From NCBI GenBank assembly GCA_031383745.1, contig JANMZX010000050.1, positions 1,150 through 65,149 of the forward strand: a DNA stretch of 64,000 bases, in the 5' to 3' direction. This DNA comes from Rhodoferax sp. GTDB taxonomy: Bacteria > Pseudomonadota > Gammaproteobacteria > Burkholderiales > Burkholderiaceae_C. Under the pieces are notes generated by a model. That model had not been told where the DNA came from. It worked only from the letters and a program-made list of their open reading frames with translations, and made no database searches. The position numbers and the translations under genes are program-made. Of this stretch, positions 56,071-64,000 are shown one piece after another; within the stretch, counting starts at the first letter, position 1; each line of letters starts with the position of its first letter.

Positions 56071-58668
56071 ATGTTGCAAGCGTATCGAACCCACGTTGCC
56101 GAGCGTGCCGCCCTCGGCATTCCACCATTGCCGCTTTCGGCCAGCCAGACCGCGGATCTGATTGAGTTGCTCAAGAACCCGCCGGCTGGTGAAGAGTCTG
56201 CGCTGGTGGAACTGATCACCTACCGCGTGCCTGCCGGTGTGGATGACGCCGCCAAGGTCAAGGCCAGCTACCTTGCCGCAGTGGCCCACGGCACGGAGCA
56301 GTGCAAGTTGATCTCCCGGGAAAAGGCGACCGAGTTGCTAGGCACGATGCTCGGCGGTTACAACATCAGCCCCTTGGTCGATTTGCTGGCGGACGCTGCA
56401 GTTGCCGCGGTTGCCGCCGCGGGCCTCAAGAAGACCTTGCTGATGTTCGACCAGTTCCACGACGTGAAGGAAAAGGCCGACAAGGGCAATCTCCAGGCGC
56501 GGTCCGTGATCCAGAGCTGGGCCGACGGCGAGTGGTTCACCAGCCGGCCCGAGGTCCCCAAGAGCATCACCGTGAGCATCTTCAAGGTGGCGGGCGAAAT
56601 CAATACCGACGATCTGTCTCCCGCGCCGGACGCCTGGAGCCGACCCGACATTCCATTGCATGCGCTGGCGATGCACAAGAACCCGCGCCCTGGCGTGACA
56701 CCCGAGCAGGAAGGCAAGCGCGGCCCGGTCAAGTTTATCGAAGACCTTCGCGCGCGCGGCCATCTGGTGGCGTATGTGGGTGATGTCGTGGGCACGGGTT
56801 CCAGTCGCAAGTCCGCCACCAACTCCGTTCTTTGGTTCACTGGGGAAGACATTCCTTTCGTGCCGAACAAGCGCTTCGGGGGTGTATGCCTGGGCGGCAA
56901 GATCGCCCCCATCTTCTACAACACGATGGAAGACTCCGGCGCCTTGCCGATCGAACTCGACGTCAGCCAGATGCAGATGGGCGACGTGGTCGAGTTGAGG
57001 CCCTATGACGGCAAGGCCCTGAAGGACGGCAAGGTGATCGCCGAATTCCAGCTCAAGAGCGACGTTCTGTTCGACGAGGTCCGGGCCGGCGGACGCATTC
57101 CCCTGATCATCGGTCGCGGGCTGACCTCCAAGGCCCGTGAGGCGCTTGGCCTGCCGCCGAGCACCTTGTTCCGATTGCCACAGAATCCGGCCGATACCAA
57201 AACGGGCTTCACCCTGGCACAGAAGATGGTGGGCCGGGCTGTAGGGCTGCCTGCCGGGCAGGGCGTGCGCCCTGGCACCTATTGCGAGCCGCGGATGACG
57301 TCGGTGGGGTCCCAGGACACAACTGGCCCAATGACGCGCGACGAACTCAAGGACCTCGCGTGCCTGGGGTTCAGTGCCGACCTGGTCATGCAGTCGTTCT
57401 GCCATACGGCGGCTTACCCGAAGCCTGTCGACGTGAAGATGCACCACGAGCTGCCCGACTTCATCAGCACCCGCGGCGGCATCAGCCTGCGCCCGGGCGA
57501 CGGCATCATTCATAGCTGGCTCAACCGCATGCTGCTGCCCGACACCGTGGGCACTGGCGGCGACAGCCATACCCGTTTCCCGATCGGGATCAGCTTTCCG
57601 GCGGGCTCGGGCCTGGTGGCTTTTGGCGCCGCCACCGGTGTCATGCCGCTGGACATGCCGGAAAGCGTGCTGGTGCGGTTCAAGGGCCGCTTGCAGCCGG
57701 GTGTGACCCTGCGGGACCTGGTCAACGCCATACCCCTGTATGCGATCAAGGCGGGCCTGCTCACCGTGGCCAAGCAGGGCAAGAAGAACATCTTCTCAGG
57801 CCGCATACTCGAGATCGAGGGCCTGCCGGACCTGAAGGTGGAGCAGGCCTTCGAGCTGAGCGACGCGTCGGCGGAGCGCTCGGCTGCAGGCTGCACGGTG
57901 CACCTCGACAAGGCGCCCATCGTCGAGTACATCAACAGCAACATCACGATGCTCAAGTGGATGATCGCGACCGGGTACCAGGATGTGCGCACGATCCAGA
58001 GGCGAATCGACGCGATGGAGGCATGGATCGCCAATCCGGTGCTGATGAAGGCAGATGCAGATGCCCAGTATTCAGCGGTGATCGAGATCGATCTGGCCGA
58101 TGTGCACGAGCCCATCGTGGCTTGCCCGAATGATCCGGACGACGTGAAGACGCTGACCGAGGTGGCCGGGTCCAAGATCGACGAGGTTTTCATTGGAAGC
58201 TGCATGACCAATATCGGTCACTTCCGTGCGGCATCGAAGCTGCTGGAAAACAAGCGTGACATTCCGGTCAAGCTGTGGATGGCGCCACCCACCAAGATGG
58301 ATGCCAAGCAGTTGAGCGATGAAGGCCACTACGGCGTCCTGGGCAGCGCCGGTGCGCGCATGGAGATGCCGGGCTGCAGCCTGTGCATGGGCAACCAGGC
58401 GCAGGTCAAGGAAGGTGCGACGGTTTTCAGCACATCGACCCGCAACTTCCCCAACCGCCTGGGAAAGAACTCCAACGTCTACCTGGGATCTGCGGAACTC
58501 GCAGCAATCTGCTCCAAGCTGGGCCGCATCCCGACGAAGCAGGAGTACATGACCGACATGGGTGTGCTCACGGCGGCCAGCGCCGACATCTACAAGTACC
58601 TCAACTTCGACAAGATCGAGGAATTCACCGACGCAGCCGCAACGGTCAAGGCAGCAACTCCGGCCTGA
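56071..58668 (+). CDS. acnB: Aconitate hydratase B
   Basis: GTMLGGYN, DDLSPAPDAWSRPDIPLHA, SQDTTGPMT, FIGSCMTN, PGCSLCMGNQ. Confidence 0.98.
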   Translation: MLQAYRTHVAERAALGIPPLPLSASQTADLIELLKNPPAGEESALVELITYRVPAGVDDAAKVKASYLAAVAHGTEQCKLISREKATELLGTMLGGYNISPLVDLLADAAVAAVAAAGLKKTLLMFDQFHDVKEKADKGNLQARSVIQSWADGEWFTSRPEVPKSITVSIFKVAGEINTDDLSPAPDAWSRPDIPLHALAMHKNPRPGVTPEQEGKRGPVKFIEDLRARGHLVAYVGDVVGTGSSRKSATNSVLWFTGEDIPFVPNKRFGGVCLGGKIAPIFYNTMEDSGALPIELDVSQMQMGDVVELRPYDGKALKDGKVIAEFQLKSDVLFDEVRAGGRIPLIIGRGLTSKAREALGLPPSTLFRLPQNPADTKTGFTLAQKMVGRAVGLPAGQGVRPGTYCEPRMTSVGSQDTTGPMTRDELKDLACLGFSADLVMQSFCHTAAYPKPVDVKMHHELPDFISTRGGISLRPGDGIIHSWLNRMLLPDTVGTGGDSHTRFPIGISFPAGSGLVAFGAATGVMPLDMPESVLVRFKGRLQPGVTLRDLVNAIPLYAIKAGLLTVAKQGKKNIFSGRILEIEGLPDLKVEQAFELSDASAERSAAGCTVHLDKAPIVEYINSNITMLKWMIATGYQDVRTIQRRIDAMEAWIANPVLMKADADAQYSAVIEIDLADVHEPIVACPNDPDDVKTLTEVAGSKIDEVFIGSCMTNIGHFRAASKLLENKRDIPVKLWMAPPTKMDAKQLSDEGHYGVLGSAGARMEMPGCSLCMGNQAQVKEGATVFSTSTRNFPNRLGKNSNVYLGSAELAAICSKLGRIPTKQEYMTDMGVLTAASADIYKYLNFDKIEEFTDAAATVKAATPA

Positions 58669-58774
58669 TGGCCTTCGGAACCGGGCGTCTGTCCGGTCGT
58701 CGTGGTAAGGCACGGTACCGGTGCCTGGGCGATCACTGCGCCGTGTCCCGGGCCCATGGCCGGGCCATGTTGTC

Positions 58775-59143
58775 ATGACGTCACTGTCAGTCATCCCGCT
58801 GTCACTGCAGACAATCCTGCTGCTGGTGGCGAGCAACGTCTTCATGACGTTCGCCTGGTACGGGCACTTGAAGAACCTGGCGACCGCGCCCTGGTACTGG
58901 GCTGCCATCGTGAGCTGGGGTATCGCGCTGTTCGAGTACCTGCTGCAGGTCCCGGCGAACCGGATCGGCTATCAGCAGGCCGGTTTCACGCTCGGCCAAC
59001 TCAAGATCGTGCAGGAAGTGGTGACCCTGTCGGTGTTTGTGCCGTTCGCGATCTACTACATGGGCGAACCGCTCAAGATGGACTACCTCTGGGCCGGGTT
59101 GTGCATGGTGGGCGCGGTCTACTTCATCTTCCGCAGCGCCTGA
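58775..59143 (+). CDS. DMT-superfamily small membrane protein (DUF486 type)
   Basis: SNVFMTFAWYGHL, EYLLQVPANRIG, QLKIVQEVVTL. Confidence 0.85.
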   Translation: MTSLSVIPLSLQTILLLVASNVFMTFAWYGHLKNLATAPWYWAAIVSWGIALFEYLLQVPANRIGYQQAGFTLGQLKIVQEVVTLSVFVPFAIYYMGEPLKMDYLWAGLCMVGAVYFIFRSA

Positions 59144-59199
59144 GCGCCGGCGTGCCATTGCCGGTGGTGCGCGACAGTTACACTGCGCTGGATTTTCCA

Positions 59200-59217
59200 A
59201 TGTCATCGTATTGACAT
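59200..59217 (+). promoter_or_regulatory. Pho-box-like element
   Basis: TGTCAT (59201) and TGACAT (59212) are 11 bp apart, immediately upstream of DUF47-pit. Confidence 0.45.
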
Positions 59218-59238
59218 GTACCCGCTCTGGAGTGCTTG

Positions 59239-59886
59239 ATGCTGTTTGCCAAATTGTTGCCCAGAGAGGGCAACTTCTTCGACATGTTCAACCAGCATGC
59301 CGACCATATTGTCGAGGCTGCGCGCGCCTTCTCCAAACTGGTCGACAACTATTCGGACCTGCACCTGCGCCAGAAGTACAACCAGGATGTGGACAACGCG
59401 GAGAGGGCCGCCGACCGGGTGACACATGACGTGAACAAGGCGATCCACATCACCTTCATCACACCGATCGACCGGGAGCAGATCCATTCCCTGATCAACA
59501 CCATGGACGATGTGGCCGACCTGATCCAGGATTCGGCCGAAACCATGGCCTTGTACGACGTGCGCCACATGACCGACGAAATCGTCCGCTTGACCGATGT
59601 GAGCGTCAAATGCTGCGAGCGCGTGCGCGATGCCGTGAAGCTGCTGGCGAAGATCGCCGAGCCGTCCGTCGCCGAGGCCGCTCTCAAGACGTGCGAGGAG
59701 ATCGACCAGCTTGAGTCCGACGCCGACCGGGTGATGCGGGCCGCGATGAGCAAGCTTTTTCGCGAAGAGCCTGATGTCCGGGAGGTCATCAAGCTCAAGG
59801 CCATCTACGAACTGCTGGAGACGATCACCGACAAGTGTGAAGACGTCGCCAATGTCATCGAAGGCATCGTCCTCGAAAACTCCTGA
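59239..59886 (+). CDS. DUF47 phosphate-transport regulator (PhoU-like)
   Basis: FITPIDREQI, LESDAD, DKCEDVANVIEGI; directly upstream of pit. Confidence 0.92.
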   Translation: MLFAKLLPREGNFFDMFNQHADHIVEAARAFSKLVDNYSDLHLRQKYNQDVDNAERAADRVTHDVNKAIHITFITPIDREQIHSLINTMDDVADLIQDSAETMALYDVRHMTDEIVRLTDVSVKCCERVRDAVKLLAKIAEPSVAEAALKTCEEIDQLESDADRVMRAAMSKLFREEPDVREVIKLKAIYELLETITDKCEDVANVIEGIVLENS

Positions 59887-59899
59887 TCCGGGCGGTTGA

Positions 59900-60910
59900 A
59901 TGACGTCCGTTCAAGTCGCACTGTGGGTGGTTGTGTTGTTGGTGGTCCTGGCGCTGGCCTTCGACTTCATGAACGGTTTTCATGATGCCGCCAATTCGAT
60001 CGCCACCGTGGTGTCCACAGGGGTTCTCAAGCCTGGCCAGGCCGTCATATTTGCTGCGTTCTTCAACTTTTTCGCGATATTCGTCTTTCACTTGAGTGTG
60101 GCCGCCACGATTGGGAAGGGTCTGGCCCAGCCCGGGGTGGTGGACGTGCACGTGGTTTTTGGCGCGTTGATTGGCGCCATTACATGGAACTTCATCACCT
60201 GGTTCTATGGGATCCCGAGCAGTTCTTCACACGCGCTCATCGGTGGCATTGTCGGGGCGGTCATTGCCAAGGCCGGCGCGGCGGCCCTGGTCCCGGCGAG
60301 CCTGATCAAGACGGTGCTGTTCATCTTTGTGTCGCCGGTGCTGGGTTTTGTCCTCGGTTCGGTCATGCTCATTGCTGTGTCTTGGGGCTTGCGTCGCAGC
60401 ACTCCCAGCCGGGTCGATCGCTGGTTTCGCCGTCTGCAACTCGTATCGGCGGGTGCTTACAGCCTGGGCCATGGCGGCAACGACGCACAGAAGACCATCG
60501 GCATTGTCTGGATGTTGTTGATCGCAACCGGCTACACGGGATCGAGTGAGGCCTCACCGCCAAGCTGGGTCGTATTGAGTTGCTACACCGCGATCGCCCT
60601 TGGCACGATGTTCGGCGGATGGCGAATCGTCAAGACAATGGGGCAACGGCTGACCAAGCTCAAGCCGGTCCACGGCTTCTGTGCCGAGACCGGGGGCGCC
60701 ATCACATTGTTCCTGGCCGCCGCACTGGGTATTCCGGTGTCGACCACGCACACCATCACTGGTGCGATCGTGGGTGTGGGCGCCACCCAGCGCGCCAGCG
60801 CTGTGCGTTGGGGCGTGGCCGGCAATATCGTGTGGGCGTGGGTGCTGACCATCCCTGCCAGTGCCTTTGTGGCTGCAGTCTCCTACTGGGTCAGCCTGCA
60901 GATCTTCTGA
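59900..60910 (+). CDS. pit: PiT family inorganic phosphate transporter
   Basis: NGFHDAANSIAT, HGGNDAQK, PVSTTH. Confidence 0.95.
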   Translation: MTSVQVALWVVVLLVVLALAFDFMNGFHDAANSIATVVSTGVLKPGQAVIFAAFFNFFAIFVFHLSVAATIGKGLAQPGVVDVHVVFGALIGAITWNFITWFYGIPSSSSHALIGGIVGAVIAKAGAAALVPASLIKTVLFIFVSPVLGFVLGSVMLIAVSWGLRRSTPSRVDRWFRRLQLVSAGAYSLGHGGNDAQKTIGIVWMLLIATGYTGSSEASPPSWVVLSCYTAIALGTMFGGWRIVKTMGQRLTKLKPVHGFCAETGGAITLFLAAALGIPVSTTHTITGAIVGVGATQRASAVRWGVAGNIVWAWVLTIPASAFVAAVSYWVSLQIF

Positions 60911-60957
60911 TCCCTCGGCTGCAGGGGCTAAGGCCCTGGTACGGTATCGGAGGCGGC

Positions 60958-61464
60958 CTATGGGCGGCCGAGCGCGACCGGCAAGACCTGGTATTCAAAC
61001 AGCCGCTGGAGGCTGAACGCCAGAGTCGCCACCAGCGCGATGGTGCCGAAAAACAAAGCAAGTACCACGGCGCCGATCGTGATCCAATTCGTCCCGCCAT
61101 TGCCATTGCCATTGCCATTGCCATTGCCATTGCCATTGCCATCGTCGTCGTCGTCGTCGTCGCCCTGCGCGGTCGCCGCATTGAACCTGGAGTTCCAGCG
61201 TTGTGCATCCATCAGGCCGTAAACGATGGCCGTCAATGCGCATCCAGCGAAAGTGAAGCCCAGCATGGGCATGAGCAGCCAACTCCACAGGTCGTCCAGT
61301 CCCCATTGGCGTGCGCGCCAAACCCCGTACAGCCCAAGCAGGCTGGGAAAGCTCAGTACCCAGGCCGCCGGGTCACGCGAGCCGTACAGGTAAAAACGGT
61401 GCATGCCGAACGGCCCTCCAAGGAGTGCCAGCCACGCGGCGATCGTCTTGTTCTTGACAATCAT
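60958..61464 (-). CDS. TM2/NINE-domain membrane protein
   Basis: KNKTIAAWLALLGGPFGMHRFYL TM2 motif; three further hydrophobic segments; D7(GN)7 loop. Confidence 0.85.
   Translation of the reverse strand: MIVKNKTIAAWLALLGGPFGMHRFYLYGSRDPAAWVLSFPSLLGLYGVWRARQWGLDDLWSWLLMPMLGFTFAGCALTAIVYGLMDAQRWNSRFNAATAQGDDDDDDDGNGNGNGNGNGNGNGGTNWITIGAVVLALFFGTIALVATLAFSLQRLFEYQVLPVALGRP
61099..61161. repeat. Compound microsatellite (ATTGCC)7 + ATC(GTC)6, in frame
   Basis: Counted directly; encodes DDDDDDD-GNGNGNGNGNGNGN on the minus strand. Confidence 0.95.
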
Positions 61465-61988
61465 GCAACGTCCGGCGCACAGGCCGAGCCCTGCCCCAGG
61501 GCGCGCTGCATCATCACCACATCCAGCCACTGGTCGAACTTCCAGCCGCATGCCGTGATGACACCGGCGTCTTCGAATCCGATGGCCCGGTGCAGCGCAA
61601 TCGATCCCGTGTTGCGGGAGTCTCCAATGACGGCAATCAGTTTGCGCACCCCCGCGCGCTCCGCTGCTGCTGCGAGCTCGGTGAGCAAGGCCCGCCCGAC
61701 GCCACTTCGGTGGGCCAGCGGCGACACATAGACCGAGTCCTCGGCCGAGAATCGGTAGGCGGGGCGGGGCTTGAACCAGTTGCAGTAGGCGAATCCGACC
61801 ACCGCACCGTCGGACTCCGCAACCAGGTACGGCAGGCCACGCGCGAGAACTTCCGCCCGGCGCCCCGCCATGTCCTGTGGAGTCGGAGGATCGATTTCGA
61901 ATGTGCCGGTGCCCTCAAGAACGTGCTGTGCATAGATCGCCGCGATGGCACTGATGTCGGAATCTCGGCTTGGCCGGATGATTGGCAT
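61461..61988 (-). CDS. GNAT N-acetyltransferase (phosphinothricin/MddA-like)
   Basis: IYAQHVL.GTGTFE, AEDSVYV, SIALH..IGF, G.KF..WLD. Confidence 0.9.
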   Translation of the reverse strand: MPIIRPSRDSDISAIAAIYAQHVLEGTGTFEIDPPTPQDMAGRRAEVLARGLPYLVAESDGAVVGFAYCNWFKPRPAYRFSAEDSVYVSPLAHRSGVGRALLTELAAAAERAGVRKLIAVIGDSRNTGSIALHRAIGFEDAGVITACGWKFDQWLDVVMMQRALGQGSACAPDVA

Positions 61989-62108
61989 GGATGGACTCGC
62001 TATAATGGAAAGCTTTTCAACGTGTTACTGGCCGGGTGGTCATGTTACGTGTCTCAACGCTGAAATAATGGCGGGAAGTAATTCCTGCCGCCCCCCGAAG
62101 GATAAATC

Positions 62109-62360
62109 ATGGTCGTTATTCGACTTGCCCGTGGTGGTGCCAAGGCCCGCCCATTTTTCAATATCGTTGTCGCCGACAAGCGTACACGGCGCGATGGCCG
62201 CTTCATCGAGCGGATCGGTTTCTACAACCCGATCGCGACCGCGAACGAAGAGAGCATTCGCATCGCCCTCGATCGATTGACATACTGGAAGGGTGTGGGT
62301 GCCCAGGCGTCCCCAACCGTCGAGCGCCTGATCGACCAGGCGGCCAAGAAGGCAGCCTGA
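62109..62360 (+). CDS. rpsP: 30S ribosomal protein S16
   Basis: [36 protein letters not shown]. Confidence 0.98.
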   Translation: MVVIRLARGGAKARPFFNIVVADKRTRRDGRFIERIGFYNPIATANEESIRIALDRLTYWKGVGAQASPTVERLIDQAAKKAA

Positions 62361-62398
62361 TCCAGCCTTGCGGGGCGTTGTCCAGGCGCGACGGCCTC

Positions 62399-62962
62399 AT
62401 GCTACCCGAACTCGACCAGGTCGATCTGCCTGACGATGCCGTGGAGGTTGGGCGCGTTGGCGAAGCCTGGGGCATCAAGGGCTGGTTCAAGGTCTTGGCG
62501 CACAGCAGCTCGCCCGAGGCGCTGTTCTCGTCGAAACGCTGGTTCATCCTGCCCGCGGAACGAGGTGCTCGGAACTTCACCGGGGCCAAGCTGCTTCGGA
62601 TGGTCGAGGTCAAGGAGCACGCGGGTGGTGTGGTGGCCAGCGCTACAGACATCGCTGACCGATCGGCGGCGGAATTATTGCGGGGGGCGCGTGTGTTCAT
62701 CCCGCGCTCCAGTTTTCCCAGCACCCAAGCCGACGAGTTCTATTGGGTAGACCTCATCGGCCTGGATGTTGTCAATCGCGAAGGTGTGCATTTGGGGCGT
62801 ATCAAGGAGCTTCTTTCCACCGCCGCCCAGGCAGTGATGGTGATGGAGTTCGAACACGGTGGCGAGCACCATGAACGCATGATCCCGTTCGTTGCCGCTT
62901 ATGTGGATGGCGTGGACCTGCCGGCGAAGCGCGTCACTGTGGATTGGCAGCCAGACTATTGA
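62399..62962 (+). CDS. rimM: Ribosome maturation factor RimM
   Basis: AWGIKGWFKV, EFYWVDLIGL, MIPFV...VD. Confidence 0.96.
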   Translation: MLPELDQVDLPDDAVEVGRVGEAWGIKGWFKVLAHSSSPEALFSSKRWFILPAERGARNFTGAKLLRMVEVKEHAGGVVASATDIADRSAAELLRGARVFIPRSSFPSTQADEFYWVDLIGLDVVNREGVHLGRIKELLSTAAQAVMVMEFEHGGEHHERMIPFVAAYVDGVDLPAKRVTVDWQPDY

Positions 62963-62973
62963 GCCAGCGCCCC

Positions 62974-63756
62974 ATGCGGTTCGATGTCATCAGTCTTTTC
63001 CCCGAGTTGTTCGCGCCATTCCTGGCCACGGGTGTGACGCGACGCGCCTTCGAATCAGGACAGGTCGGTGTCCATTTTTCCAACCCCAGGGACTTCTCCG
63101 AGGGCAACTACCGCCGGGTCGACGATCGGCCCTTCGGTGGTGGGCCGGGCATGGTCATGATGGCGGAGCCACTGCACCGCTGCCTGGCCCATGTCAGGTC
63201 GACGCGCATCGACGTGGCGCCGGTGGTGTTGTTCTCCCCCCATGGGCAGCCCCTGACCCATGCTGTGGTTGAGCGTTGGGCCGGCAGTTCGGGCGCGGTT
63301 CTTCTTTGCGGGCGCTACGAGGGTATCGACCAGCGATTCGTGGATGCTGAAGTCGACGAGGAACTAAGCCTGGGGGACTTCGTGCTTTCGGGCGGCGAAA
63401 TTGCCGCGATGGCATTGCTGGATGCGGTGGCCCGCCTGCAGCCAGGCGTCTTGACTGACGCCGATAGCCATGTGCAAGACAGCTTCAACCCGGCGGTGGA
63501 TGGACTGCTCGACTGCCCACACTATACGCATCCCTCGGTATGGCATGGCACTCCGGTTCCGCCCGTCTTGCTGTCCGGCAATCATGCGTTGCTCGCGCGC
63601 TGGCGCCGTGACCAGAGTCTGGCGCTCACTCGCGACCGTCGCCCCGACCTGGTCGCGTTGGCCCGGGCGGCAGGGCGCCTGTCGGATCGCGACGAGAAGC
63701 ACCTGGCTGCAACGGCGCCGCTGCCCGGCCCAGAGGCTTACGAAAAACCGGCCTGA
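62974..63756 (+). CDS. trmD: tRNA (guanine37-N1)-methyltransferase
   Basis: VDDRPFGGGPGMVM, CGRYEGID, SLGDFVLSGGE, LLSGNH. Confidence 0.98.
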   Translation: MRFDVISLFPELFAPFLATGVTRRAFESGQVGVHFSNPRDFSEGNYRRVDDRPFGGGPGMVMMAEPLHRCLAHVRSTRIDVAPVVLFSPHGQPLTHAVVERWAGSSGAVLLCGRYEGIDQRFVDAEVDEELSLGDFVLSGGEIAAMALLDAVARLQPGVLTDADSHVQDSFNPAVDGLLDCPHYTHPSVWHGTPVPPVLLSGNHALLARWRRDQSLALTRDRRPDLVALARAAGRLSDRDEKHLAATAPLPGPEAYEKPA

Positions 63757-63870
63757 GGCTTGGTATACTTGACGGCTGTCCGATCCTCTGCTCGGCCGTC
63801 CCCAGCCCTGTGCCCGGGGGCCCTTTGTGCCATTTCGGCGCTGGCGCGAACATGATCATTTGAGGAAACC

Positions 63871-64000
63871 ATGAACCTGATCCAGACTCTCGAACAAGAA
63901 GAAATTGTTCGACTCGGCAAGAAGATTCCCGACTTTGCCCCCGGCGACACAGTGATCGTAAGTGTCAACGTGGTCGAAGGCACGCGTAAGCGCGTTCAGG
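63871..64000 (+). CDS. rplS: 50S ribosomal protein L19 (partial; runs off the right edge)
   Basis: [12 protein letters not shown]...[25 protein letters not shown]. Confidence 0.97.
   Translation, partial: MNLIQTLEQEEIVRLGKKIPDFAPGDTVIVSVNVVEGTRKRVQ

Noticed and set aside
61096-61164. CRISPR or phase-variable ON/OFF switch
   Set aside because: There are no spacers or cas genes, and the repeat units are multiples of 3, so they cannot shift the frame.

Overview
A 64-kb, GC-rich stretch of core chromosome from a Burkholderiales bacterium. Comamonadaceae is inferred from gene order and protein sequences; the genus cannot be determined by eye. It holds 67 CDS, two of them cut by the window edges. 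In order: ppc | hemCDXY | rne | rluC-HAD-Rieske-sppA | tetrapyrrole methylase-maf | yceD-rpmF-plsX-fabHDG-acpP-fabF-ygfX-like-rpoE-rseAB-degP | lepA-lepB-DUF4845-rnc-era-recO-pdxJ-acpS-nagZ | lysS | yggT | a ~19-kb minus-strand run (GntR/SdhR-sdhCDAB-sdhE-gltA-leuCD-orphan-leuB-asd-fimV-truA-trpFBA-accD) | mdh-CitE-like-secreted protein-acnB | DMT-DUF47-pit | TM2/NINE-GNAT | rpsP-rimM-trmD-rplS. I found no mobile element, prophage, CRISPR array, tRNA/rRNA or obvious multi-gene novel system. The most interesting signals are non-coding or small: (1) five DnaA-like boxes with an 11-bp period in an AT-rich gap before lepA; (2) an intrinsic-terminator hairpin inside the lepA leader; (3) an unannotated uORF ending in a Thr/Ile tract, followed by a hairpin and a palindrome, upstream of asd; (4) an orphan secreted protein with a duplicated Cys loop coupled to leuD; (5) an in-frame microsatellite in the TM2/NINE gene. 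All were found by eye and are unverified hypotheses.
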